This document shows, one piece after another, positions 35,534 through 43,097 of a stretch of DNA of 64,000 nt; positions within the stretch are counted from its first letter, which is position 1; every line of letters starts with the position of its first letter. The notes beneath the pieces are model-generated. The model did no database searches, was not told where the DNA came from, and saw only the letters and a program-made list of their open reading frames with translations. Where the stretch lies: the IMG/VR virus record IMGVR_UViG_3300032268_000986, positions 62,001 through 126,000 of that record. The stretch is one strand, 5' to 3'. A program made the position numbers and the translations under genes.

Positions 35534-35608
35534 TGGTGCCGCCACATGGGATCGAACCATGGACCTACGCCTTATCAAGACGGTGCTCTACCACTGAGCT
35601 ATGGAGGC
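35534..35608 (-). tRNA. tRNA-Ile(GAT)
   Basis: CGTC-TTGATAA-GGCG. Confidence 0.9.
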
Positions 35609-35616
35609 ATAAAAAC

Positions 35617-35690
35617 TGGCACGGGAACTAGGGATCGAACCTAGGACGACAGAGTCAAAGTCTGTTGTGTTACCTCTACACCATTCCCGA
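35617..35690 (-). tRNA. tRNA-Gln(TTG)
   Basis: ACAGA-CTTTGAC-TCTGT. Confidence 0.92.
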
Positions 35691-35698
35691 ACAAAACT

Positions 35699-35773
35699 TG
35701 GTGGACCGTGGGAGAATCGAACTCCCGCCCGAGCCGTGCAAAAGCCCTGTGCTACCACTATCACTAACAGCCC
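35699..35773 (-). tRNA. tRNA-Ala(TGC)
   Basis: G3:U70, TGC anticodon. Confidence 0.92.
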
Positions 35774-35781
35774 AAAAAACT

Positions 35782-35855
35782 TGGCATCCCGCCAGGGACT
35801 CGAACCCCGACCAACGGTTTTGGAGACCGACATGCTGCCATTACACCAGCGAGAC
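35782..35855 (-). tRNA. tRNA-Trp(CCA)
   Basis: CGGT-CTCCAAA-ACCG, G73. Confidence 0.92.
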
Positions 35856-35869
35856 ACGTTAAATACTAC

Positions 35870-36484
35870 ATGAAAATCAATTTTACCACTGCATCACCTG
35901 CCATCTATTATCTTGACACTGTGGAACCCCCGCAACCTTGGCCCACCTTGTTACACGAATTGCAACAGTTATTATGGCAACAGGAACCAACCATTGGCGG
36001 TCAAGATCACTTTGCTGTGAGTTGCCTGGGCGCACATACCATACCATACCATTCTGCACCGCATAAATTTCAACAACACTTTGTTGCAGACACGTTCAAA
36101 CAACAAGTGCTAGATCAGCTGTTTGACAATGAAGAATTCATGATGCAGTGGGCCAACCCTGAACGCAAACATGTCAATGACATAACTGTGTTATGTGTGA
36201 ATTGGGTTGCAACCCCGCCAAGATATCGCAATCATCCTTGGCATGTTGACAGTCGCTGTCAAATGGCACATGGCATGATCTATATCACCGAGCAAGACAA
36301 TGTTTTACACAGCACTTGGTTCGATACTGGGCGTAACGGACATTTGTTGCGCATTCCGTCGGCACCGGGGCAAGGTTGGATGGTAGTAAACACTGACCAA
36401 GCCAGACACTGTGCTATGAACGACACTGACCGCACACGTTACAGTCTCAAATTCAGTCTTGAGCTAAAAGTGAGAAAATTTTAA
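35870..36484 (+). CDS. Putative 2OG-Fe(II) oxygenase, antisense to the tRNA array
   Basis: WHVD, GMIY, distal H, R.SL. Confidence 0.65.
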   Translation: MKINFTTASPAIYYLDTVEPPQPWPTLLHELQQLLWQQEPTIGGQDHFAVSCLGAHTIPYHSAPHKFQQHFVADTFKQQVLDQLFDNEEFMMQWANPERKHVNDITVLCVNWVATPPRYRNHPWHVDSRCQMAHGMIYITEQDNVLHSTWFDTGRNGHLLRIPSAPGQGWMVVNTDQARHCAMNDTDRTRYSLKFSLELKVRKF

Positions 36485-36687
36485 CACACTCTTTGGAATG
36501 TGTGTATTAAAACAGACTGTATGCTTAGGGAATAACATTTCTGTCAAGCGACCGGCAACGGGTACGCAATCTGTTTTAATACGCTCGGATTTTTTTATGT
36601 ACAAGAACATAAGCCATCCCCGAGGCCGCCCATTTGAAGCATGTTTAGAGTGCGCTTCGGGATCTCGTTTCCCATGTACACTAAATG

Positions 36688-36720
36688 AAAAACCCTGGAG
36701 TTTTTAGTTCCAGGGTCTTT
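36688..36720 (-). terminator. Intrinsic terminator (putative attenuator)
   Basis: ACCCTGGA/TCCAGGGT stem followed by U tract. Confidence 0.75.
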
Positions 36721-36748
36721 TGAATTTTTCTTGAGTCAGTTAATCTAG

Positions 36749-36883
36749 TTAACCATCCCAACCTTCAAAGGACCCCGACACTCCTGGAATACTATTCAAG
36801 CCCGCAAAACCGCGTGACCAGACAGACGCTGTCTGGAGCATTGTGGATTTTGTCAGCAGTGAATGATTCGTTGTGTTCATCAT
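36749..36883 (-). CDS. 44-aa putative leader peptide MMNTTNHSLLTKSTMLQTASVWSRGFAGLNSIPGVSGSFEGWDG
   Basis: Starts about 7 nt after TTGACA-N17-TACAAT (36891-36919); its 3' end is complementary to the terminator 5' arm. Confidence 0.65.
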   Translation of the reverse strand: MMNTTNHSLLTKSTMLQTASVWSRGFAGLNSIPGVSGSFEGWDG

Positions 36884-36936
36884 AAGTCCTATTGTATAGT
36901 ATTTAGCAATTGTTGTCAACCACTAAAGTGTTTTAT

Positions 36937-37119
36937 TTATCCATTTGTAGTCATTGTGTATGTTTCACTCATGTGAACCATGTACGCACGACTGGTGTTT
37001 GTTTCGTTATGGCTCTTGATAAAATCTCGAGCCAAGGCCTCACTATCAAAATACACAGTGCCACCAACAGTCATGTCGGTTTCTCTTTGTTCGTTGACAA
37101 TAACAACTTTGTATTTCAT
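36937..37119 (-). CDS. Hypothetical protein
   Basis: 60-aa ORF after tRNA. Confidence 0.5.
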   Translation of the reverse strand: MKYKVVIVNEQRETDMTVGGTVYFDSEALARDFIKSHNETNTSRAYMVHMSETYTMTTNG

Positions 37120-37126
37120 AGTTAAT

Positions 37127-37202
37127 TGGTTGCGGGACTTGGATTCGAACCAAGGATGGCAAAGGCTTATGAGACCTCGCTAGTGACCAGACCTTCCCCG
37201 CG
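37127..37202 (-). tRNA. Initiator-like tRNA-fMet(CAT), atypical
   Basis: CGCGGGG...CCCGCAACCA with C1:A72 mismatch; weak D arm. Confidence 0.75.
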
Positions 37203-37227
37203 CTATTCAGTTACAGTTATTTATACA

Positions 37228-37305
37228 TGGAGTCTCGGGAGGGATTTGAACCCACGAATCAACGGATTTGCAATCCGAGCCATTGAGCCACTCTGGTACC
37301 GAGAC
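37228..37305 (-). tRNA. tRNA-Cys(GCA)
   Basis: CGGA-TTGCAAA-TCCG, U73. Confidence 0.92.
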
Positions 37306-37312
37306 ATTACCC

Positions 37313-37390
37313 TATATGTAAACACACTGTCATCACCACCATACTTCCACGTCTTACGGCAGATGTGTCTGTCCTGTGTGTTTACATATA
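37313..37390 (-). ncRNA. Candidate stem-closed small RNA
   Basis: Perfect 15-bp terminal inverted repeat TATATGTAAACACAC. Confidence 0.45.
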
Positions 37391-37401
37391 AGCATGTTGA
37401 A

Positions 37402-37623
37402 TTTGAGAGCCTACGCCGCTTTTATCGTAGATTTATTCAGGACTTACCGGCCGCCTAGCCTGACCTCGAGCACGATGGATATCACTTGGGCTTCGTCCAG
37501 CGTAGTCTCCTTTACAGACCTCCGCAGTTGCCCGCGGGTGGGAGTTGAACCCATTTGCCTTTTACTGCTTTGGTCCTTCGAAGAAACCTAGACAGCGTGA
37601 CTTCACTTGCTGACACTCTCAAA
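37402..37623 (-). ncRNA. Candidate structured ncRNA (~220 nt)
   Basis: TTTGAGAG/CTCTCAAA ends; T-loop-like TGGG-TTCAACT-CCCA; several hairpins. Confidence 0.55.
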
Positions 37624-37626
37624 ACT

Positions 37627-37702
37627 TGGCGGTCCTAGGGGGTAACGATCCCCACTCTTACGGCGTGACAAGCCGTCGTGCGTCCATGAACACTTTAGGA
37701 CC
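37627..37702 (-). tRNA. tRNA-Asp(GTC), atypical T loop
   Basis: ACGGC-TTGTCAC-GCCGT; T loop ATCGTTA. Confidence 0.85.
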
Positions 37703-37705
37703 AAT

Positions 37706-37856
37706 TTTTATAGTCAAGCACCGAGAATGCCAATTTAGGAGTCCGGTGCTTCCGTTCCAAAGCCGATGCAGTTATGTCAGGATCCGTTCCCGGCCGGTTG
37801 GACCCGAATAGTGTATGCGTCCATACACGATACCTTATCGATGCTTGACTATAAAA
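37706..37856 (-). ncRNA. Candidate stem-closed ncRNA (~150 nt)
   Basis: Perfect 15-bp terminal stem TTTTATAGTCAAGCA. Confidence 0.5.
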
Positions 37857-37860
37857 ACAA

Positions 37861-38062
37861 AAATGCTCTGCATCCCCCGGCGGTAATTGTAGTGCATCAT
37901 CTCTTGGATTTCTCCGCAATTCTCACACACCTTCCACCCGCTTCCCGACAGGGACCGTTATCGCATTGCCAGCGGCCTTTCGGTAAGAAGACTACCACCC
38001 TTGGCTATCACACCACTTCTCATCTTGCGGGTCACAATATCTGCTGATTAGGCAGAACGTTT
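37861..38062 (-). ncRNA. Candidate structured ncRNA (~200 nt)
   Basis: Terminal stem; long-range ACCCGC/GCGGGT pairing; GNRA-like loops. Confidence 0.55.
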
Positions 38063-38148
38063 TGGTGGAGACGGATGGATTCGAACCACCGCGCTTTTTA
38101 GGGGCCAGATTTACAGTCTGGTGCAATCAACCACTCTGCCACATCTCC
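38063..38148 (-). tRNA. tRNA-Tyr(GTA)
   Basis: CCAGA-CTGTAAA-TCTGG, variable arm. Confidence 0.94.
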
Positions 38149-38221
38149 AAAAAAGGTAGGATCACGGTTGCAGGACCTAGTGCTCTTGCGAGGAAGTATC
38201 CAGGCGATGTGATCCTAAAAA

Positions 38222-38297
38222 TGGTACACGATACGGGAATCGAACCCGTCTTACCAACGTGAAAGGCTGGTGTCCTAAACCGATAGACGAATCGTGC
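38222..38297 (-). tRNA. tRNA-Glu(TTC)
   Basis: CCAGC-CTTTCAC-GTTGG. Confidence 0.93.
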
Positions 38298-38300
38298 ATG

Positions 38301-38532
38301 CTATATGCAACCACATTAGGGAAGTTCTTGACACGCATCACCAACTTGCATCAAGACCTCATTACGGGCCTAGTAGTTCCGCCGCCTTCCTGGAGTTTGG
38401 TGTAGCCCTATCCCTCACGCTCGATGGTGTCTCGCGCTACTCTTAGGCCCTCCTGCTTCATGGGTATCCGGCTCGAATCAGCCTTTTGTTCACCCCTAAC
38501 GGACTAGGTAACCCTAATGTGTTTGCATATAG
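38301..38532 (-). ncRNA. Candidate stem-closed ncRNA (~230 nt)
   Basis: 20/21-bp terminal inverted repeat. Confidence 0.55.
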
Positions 38533-38572
38533 TAGCTGGGCAAACCCAGCACCATATGAAAATAACTGTAAC

Positions 38573-38584
38573 TTGTTAAAGAAC
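38573..38584 (-). promoter_or_regulatory. rrn-type boxA (Nus antitermination) site
   Basis: GTTCTTTAACAA, one mismatch to GCTCTTTAACAA, just downstream of TTGACC-N17-TATACT (38626-54). Confidence 0.65.
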
Positions 38585-38762
38585 TCTGGAACTAGTTGTG
38601 ATCAACTATTTCCTAACTAGCCACTAGTATAACATCATCTGCCATACCGGTCAACTTGTTTTGTAAAAGCCCCGCCTTGTTGCAGGGTCTTTACAAACTC
38701 AGCTGTCTTTCCCGACTTGTTTCTATTGTAACACTCTACTCAATTTTGGTCTAGCACTAAAA

Positions 38763-38790
38763 GAAAAACCCGCATCATGTGCGGGTCTTT
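38763..38790 (-). terminator. Intrinsic terminator (putative attenuator)
   Basis: ACCCGCA-CATGA-TGCGGGT then TTTTCTTTT. Confidence 0.8.
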
Positions 38791-38817
38791 GGTTGTTAGT
38801 ACTTTCTACTTAGGGTG

Positions 38818-38916
38818 TTACACCCGCTGTAACACCTGTACCGTTGACGATGGCTCGCAATCGCTCTCATAGGCTATTGCTGTCCAATAATTCAAGGTGA
38901 TTAGTTGTGTCATCAT
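38818..38916 (-). CDS. 32-aa putative leader peptide MMTQLITLNYWTAIAYESDCEPSSTVQVLQRV
   Basis: ATG about 7 nt after TAGACA-N17-TATAAT (38923-51); terminator follows. Confidence 0.62.
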   Translation of the reverse strand: MMTQLITLNYWTAIAYESDCEPSSTVQVLQRV

Positions 38917-38980
38917 AGTGTTATTATATATGCCTGTGCAATAAATGTCTATACTTTTCTGGGTCTTTTTGTCCATTTTG

Positions 38981-40057
38981 TCAGAGATCCAACAACACAT
39001 GATGCTCGCTCACGCTGCCGATGTAGTCACACCGAACTTGGCTCTGGTTGAACCAACCAGGGTGCTGGTGTTGCAATAGGTCACAGTAGGCTTCAAACTT
39101 TGCCAATGTGGTTTGACCCTGGGAACTCAGCGCACAGTTATTGATCAACAGCAGTTCCTTGCGGTCAAATTGCCAGTCATGTTGATGTGACACTGTGCCA
39201 TTGATTCTTGGAAACCCCCACTTTTTATCCAGGCAGTTTCCTGGTGTGGGGAACCCCAAGGCAGCTTTGATGTCAAGCCCCTGCACTCCCTGTTGCGCAA
39301 GATCATGTAGGCCGTATGCATACGCAAACGCTAGGTTAGGGTTGCGTTGGTCACAGAAAAAGTGAATCATGCGAGGAGTCATGAAATTCAAATTGAACCG
39401 GTTGTCCATCCAGTAAAATTTGTTGCCATCTAACACTGGCATGGCAGCACCACCAACATTGACATAATTATCTTGTTGTAGATGTGGATAACACTCAATG
39501 GCCTGCAACGGGTTAGTGGTGCATGGGCGCAGTGTTTTGTGTCGCAACCACCGATGTTCTACATCTTCCATGTACCAAGCATAGTGCTCGGGCAAGATAT
39601 CATAGTACACCACTTGAGCTCGACTGCGGTATTGTTGCAGAGTCTTGGCCAGCACGGACCTAAAGGGAAACACATCAATTTCTATATTGACATACTCATC
39701 CACAGCACCAGGGAATCTACGATACACTGCAATTTCATCAACATCTGCCCCAGTTTCTAAAAATGCCATCAGGGCAGCATGACTGTCCATGCCACCGCTG
39801 TACCACAGGCGTATGCGACTGTGATGATCACGTATGAGTTGGGCCTGATCCAAGCACAGTTGCCAAAAAGTTTTTTGCGGTCGTAATCCGGCTAGGCTGT
39901 GGGACCAAACACGAAACCCCGGTGCGGCATGCCCCAGTTCTTGAGCTTTTCTCAGCGCATCAATCTTGCTGTGTCCATGCCATGTGCTCACATGGTAATG
40001 AGGTCCTGTGTAGCCCTGCCCTGGATCAATCTTTTCTGTGACTTTTACTGGTGTCAT
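38981..40057 (-). CDS. PP-loop (adenine nucleotide alpha-hydrolase-like) protein
   Basis: RLWYSGGMDS. Confidence 0.6.
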   Translation of the reverse strand: MTPVKVTEKIDPGQGYTGPHYHVSTWHGHSKIDALRKAQELGHAAPGFRVWSHSLAGLRPQKTFWQLCLDQAQLIRDHHSRIRLWYSGGMDSHAALMAFLETGADVDEIAVYRRFPGAVDEYVNIEIDVFPFRSVLAKTLQQYRSRAQVVYYDILPEHYAWYMEDVEHRWLRHKTLRPCTTNPLQAIECYPHLQQDNYVNVGGAAMPVLDGNKFYWMDNRFNLNFMTPRMIHFFCDQRNPNLAFAYAYGLHDLAQQGVQGLDIKAALGFPTPGNCLDKKWGFPRINGTVSHQHDWQFDRKELLLINNCALSSQGQTTLAKFEAYCDLLQHQHPGWFNQSQVRCDYIGSVSEHHVLLDL

Positions 40058-41355
40058 GAGTATAGTTGAATCAATCGATTCGTTATGCCATTGAGTTGAT
40101 TTTCTAACAGCAGCACCAGCACCAAGGGCATGAAATCCACTCGACGAGCTGTAATCCAGCCCACTGCACCACTGGCTGCAAACACCAGCATGTAGTACAG
40201 AGTCTGATCGCTACGCCAGCCCTGATACATCACAGTGGCAGTCAACAGCACAATCAACACTGATACTATGGCATTGTAGTACTGTTGGAACCAGCTCAGT
40301 AATTGTTTTACCACTGACGAGCACACCCAGGCCACAACAGCACATCCGATCAGTAAACTTGCAGTTACCAGGCCCACCATGTTCCAGTCAAGATTGGTGG
40401 CACGCCACCCATGACTGGCCAAGATATCCAATATCACCAACTCACTGGGCTGTACCGCTAGGCCCAACAACACAAACGGAATCAGGCTTGAAACCTGGCT
40501 GGCATTGTTGGCAGCTTCTGCAGCCGTGAGACGAGACAGACTGTCTGTGAGATGCGGTTGTTTGCGAAATCTTGATTCCACAGAGTGTGCCAAATTGGAT
40601 GTGATGATACCGCCCACGTATGGCACAAGCCCACACACAAATCCCACTGCACTGCCGCGCAGTGCAGATAGCCAGGCAAACGATCTTTGCGTGTGACCAT
40701 TGATGTCAATGGGCATGCCCATGGGGGATTGCTGGTGCTTGATCAACAGCATGGTGGGCACTGCATACACTCCCAGTATCACCGGGGTAATTGGTATGCC
40801 TCCGGCCAAGTACACATTGCCCAGAGTCAAAAAGTCCTGACCAGTCTGCATGTTGTGTCCTACTGCGCCTATAATCCAGCCCAGTGCAATCAACCCAAGA
40901 TTTATCATGGCTCTGTTGCCGGGCCATGCAGTGACAAATGTCAGTGTGACAAACAACAACACTGCCATGACTTCGGTTCTAAACAGCATGGGCCAGGCCT
41001 GTCCTTGGTGCAAGCAAATCAACATTGCGGAGAGACTCGCTGCCATGCCAATCAAGCTGGCTCGGGCAGTGTCTTTCAATGCTTGCTGGATAGCATTGTG
41101 ACCAATAATGATATTGCGTTCACGCAAGGCAGGTGCAGATGTTACTTCACCTAGAGTGCCAAAGCACAGCGCAGCCACTGATCCTGAAAAGTCTCGAGCC
41201 GAAATCATCACAGCGTAAAATGCAATCAACACAGCCGGACTCATCATGTTCAGCATGGGATACAGTATCAACAACATAAACACCGGACCCAGACCAGGCA
41301 TGAGCCCTACCAAGATTCCAATGGCTGGTGCCAACAGCAACAACAGCAGTTCCAT
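40054..41355 (-). CDS. Tripartite tricarboxylate transporter TctA-like permease
   Basis: GILVGLMPGLG, GFVCGLVPYVG, AAEAANNA; polytopic membrane protein. Confidence 0.82.
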   Translation of the reverse strand: MELLLLLLAPAIGILVGLMPGLGPVFMLLILYPMLNMMSPAVLIAFYAVMISARDFSGSVAALCFGTLGEVTSAPALRERNIIIGHNAIQQALKDTARASLIGMAASLSAMLICLHQGQAWPMLFRTEVMAVLLFVTLTFVTAWPGNRAMINLGLIALGWIIGAVGHNMQTGQDFLTLGNVYLAGGIPITPVILGVYAVPTMLLIKHQQSPMGMPIDINGHTQRSFAWLSALRGSAVGFVCGLVPYVGGIITSNLAHSVESRFRKQPHLTDSLSRLTAAEAANNASQVSSLIPFVLLGLAVQPSELVILDILASHGWRATNLDWNMVGLVTASLLIGCAVVAWVCSSVVKQLLSWFQQYYNAIVSVLIVLLTATVMYQGWRSDQTLYYMLVFAASGAVGWITARRVDFMPLVLVLLLENQLNGITNRLIQLYS

Positions 41356-42209
41356 TATTGTGTTACTTCGCTATAACTTTTTAGCAGTTGAAGTTGACCC
41401 GCAGGTGTCAACGGAGGCATTGGGTTGAAATTTCGCTGTTGGTACTGAGCATAACTGACCAAGTTTTTTTGCACGTCTAAAATATCTTGGCGCAGCCGAT
41501 TCAGGGTAGCGGCGTCAAAATTCTTGGCCCTGAGATAGGTCACTGCTGCAAAGTCACGGTATTCAAAGTGCGGAAGAGCATCCTGCACAGCCGGGATGTT
41601 CAAGATTGAGTATGTGCTGGAGTTGTACAAACACTGTGCTTGTGATTGACTTTGCCATTTGGCCCCAATGCTACTGAACACAAAATCAACCTCGTTGGCA
41701 GCAAATGCCAGCTCGATTTCTTTGCTGTTGTTGTATTTGATCACGCGGTGGCGAGTGCCTAGATGCTGATTCAGTGCCAGGATATAGCGTTCGTCAAATG
41801 GCAACACAATGGTGCCAATGGTATAGCTGGCACCTCGACGTTCAAAGTCTTGTCTGGTAATGTTTTTTGTAGTGCAAGTGAACCTTGGCACCAGGTACAC
41901 CACGGTCAGTAATTCTGCAGCACTGGGCGGTGGCAAATACGCCGGGTCACGCTCACTTTCGGCCAAGTCGTTGCCCCATGCCAACAAAAATGGTCGGGTA
42001 GCTGAATTAAAAGTGGCCTTGCTCAGTCTAGGATTGTGAGTCACACGAATGTCAAAGGCCCAGCCGCGTGTGGCAAGTTCGGTAGTGAGCATTCTTGTCA
42101 GGGCCTGAGCATTGCCGGTCTGACTGTAAGGGATATGCACCACAATGGGATCAGCCCAGGCAGCAAAGCTGATCATGGCTGCCAGCACAAAAGAAACGAT
42201 GGATTTCAT
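41355..42209 (-). CDS. Periplasmic substrate-binding protein (TctC/Bug-like)
   Basis: Signal peptide, IPYSQTG, IKY...A.AANEVDF; adjacent to TctA. Confidence 0.6.
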   Translation of the reverse strand: MKSIVSFVLAAMISFAAWADPIVVHIPYSQTGNAQALTRMLTTELATRGWAFDIRVTHNPRLSKATFNSATRPFLLAWGNDLAESERDPAYLPPPSAAELLTVVYLVPRFTCTTKNITRQDFERRGASYTIGTIVLPFDERYILALNQHLGTRHRVIKYNNSKEIELAFAANEVDFVFSSIGAKWQSQSQAQCLYNSSTYSILNIPAVQDALPHFEYRDFAAVTYLRAKNFDAATLNRLRQDILDVQKNLVSYAQYQQRNFNPMPPLTPAGQLQLLKSYSEVTQ

Positions 42210-42446
42210 GTTATTCCTTGAGGTAGTAAATCTAGCTCTGGGAAACCCATCACGGTCGGCGTTCTGAGTGTATCACATCAGTAAAGGAGTTGCACTACTC
42301 CAGGCGTCAATTTGATCCGACGTCAGCACCTGCTGGCGTTGCTGGACTTACTTAGTGTTTGATTTTACGCTTGACCAAAAAAAATGTCAAGAAAACTGGG
42401 CCAAAAAAAACAGGGCTCTGAGCCCTGTTTTTGAACACAGTGTGAA

Positions 42447-42998
42447 TTAGAAACGCACACTGATGCCTAGGCCGTATGACCGTTCTCTAATGGTTTCCAT
42501 TGAACGTCCAACAGTGGCAGTCAGGGATACTTTGTTAGCAATTGGATATGCGTATTGTGCAAACACCACTGTTTGCTTGGTTTCTTTGGCTGCTGTGGTA
42601 AGAGCTCGAGTGTTGATCCCGGTCAGTGCGTAACCTGGACCAATCGCTGTTCCGGCATTGATGCCCACTTTACCGTAATTGTATGGGTTGCCGGCCCCAT
42701 TTCGAGTGTTGTCGTATCCAATGCCCACATAAGGAGTGATGGTTACACCGTTGGTTGAAAGATTTTTTCCAACTGTGCCTTCGAGACCATTGAGCAGACC
42801 GCCGTTGTCGTAACGAGCGGTACGTGACTGAACTCCGTATTGAACCCCGTCAATTTCTTTGCCAAATCTAACAAACTGTGCTGTGCTATTGGCCCCAGTT
42901 TTGAGATCAGTCACACGTTCAACAGTGACCGAAGCAAAGTCTGCGGCAAACACGCTGGTGGACAATGCCAACATCAGCATTACAAAAATTTTCTTCAT
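42447..42998 (-). CDS. Small outer-membrane beta-barrel protein
   Basis: Signal peptide, amphipathic strands, C-terminal YGLGISVRF. Confidence 0.75.
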   Translation of the reverse strand: MKKIFVMLMLALSTSVFAADFASVTVERVTDLKTGANSTAQFVRFGKEIDGVQYGVQSRTARYDNGGLLNGLEGTVGKNLSTNGVTITPYVGIGYDNTRNGAGNPYNYGKVGINAGTAIGPGYALTGINTRALTTAAKETKQTVVFAQYAYPIANKVSLTATVGRSMETIRERSYGLGISVRF

Positions 42999-43070
42999 TG
43001 TTTTTCCTTATAAAAGTAAGGGCTTTTGACCCTGAGCAATTATATATGCAACTGCATGTTGCAGTCAAGA

Positions 43071-43097
43071 AGAAAGGTCAGATTAACTGACCTTTCT
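43071..43097 (-). terminator. Hairpin at the end of the tmRNA coding piece
   Basis: AGAAAGGTCAG/CTGACCTTTCT. Confidence 0.6.

Noticed and set aside
33278-38262. Track ORFs overlapping tRNA genes (e.g. 33278-33619, 33433-33807, 35588-35857, 37126-37458)
   Set aside because: They are chance frames across tRNA and ncRNA sequence, without SD or protein-like motifs
38875-38877. ATA codon in leader 1 matching a downstream Ile2 tRNA
   Set aside because: The CAT tRNA in that block (37127-37202) is initiator-like; the Ile2-like gene is at 47164, upstream of the leader
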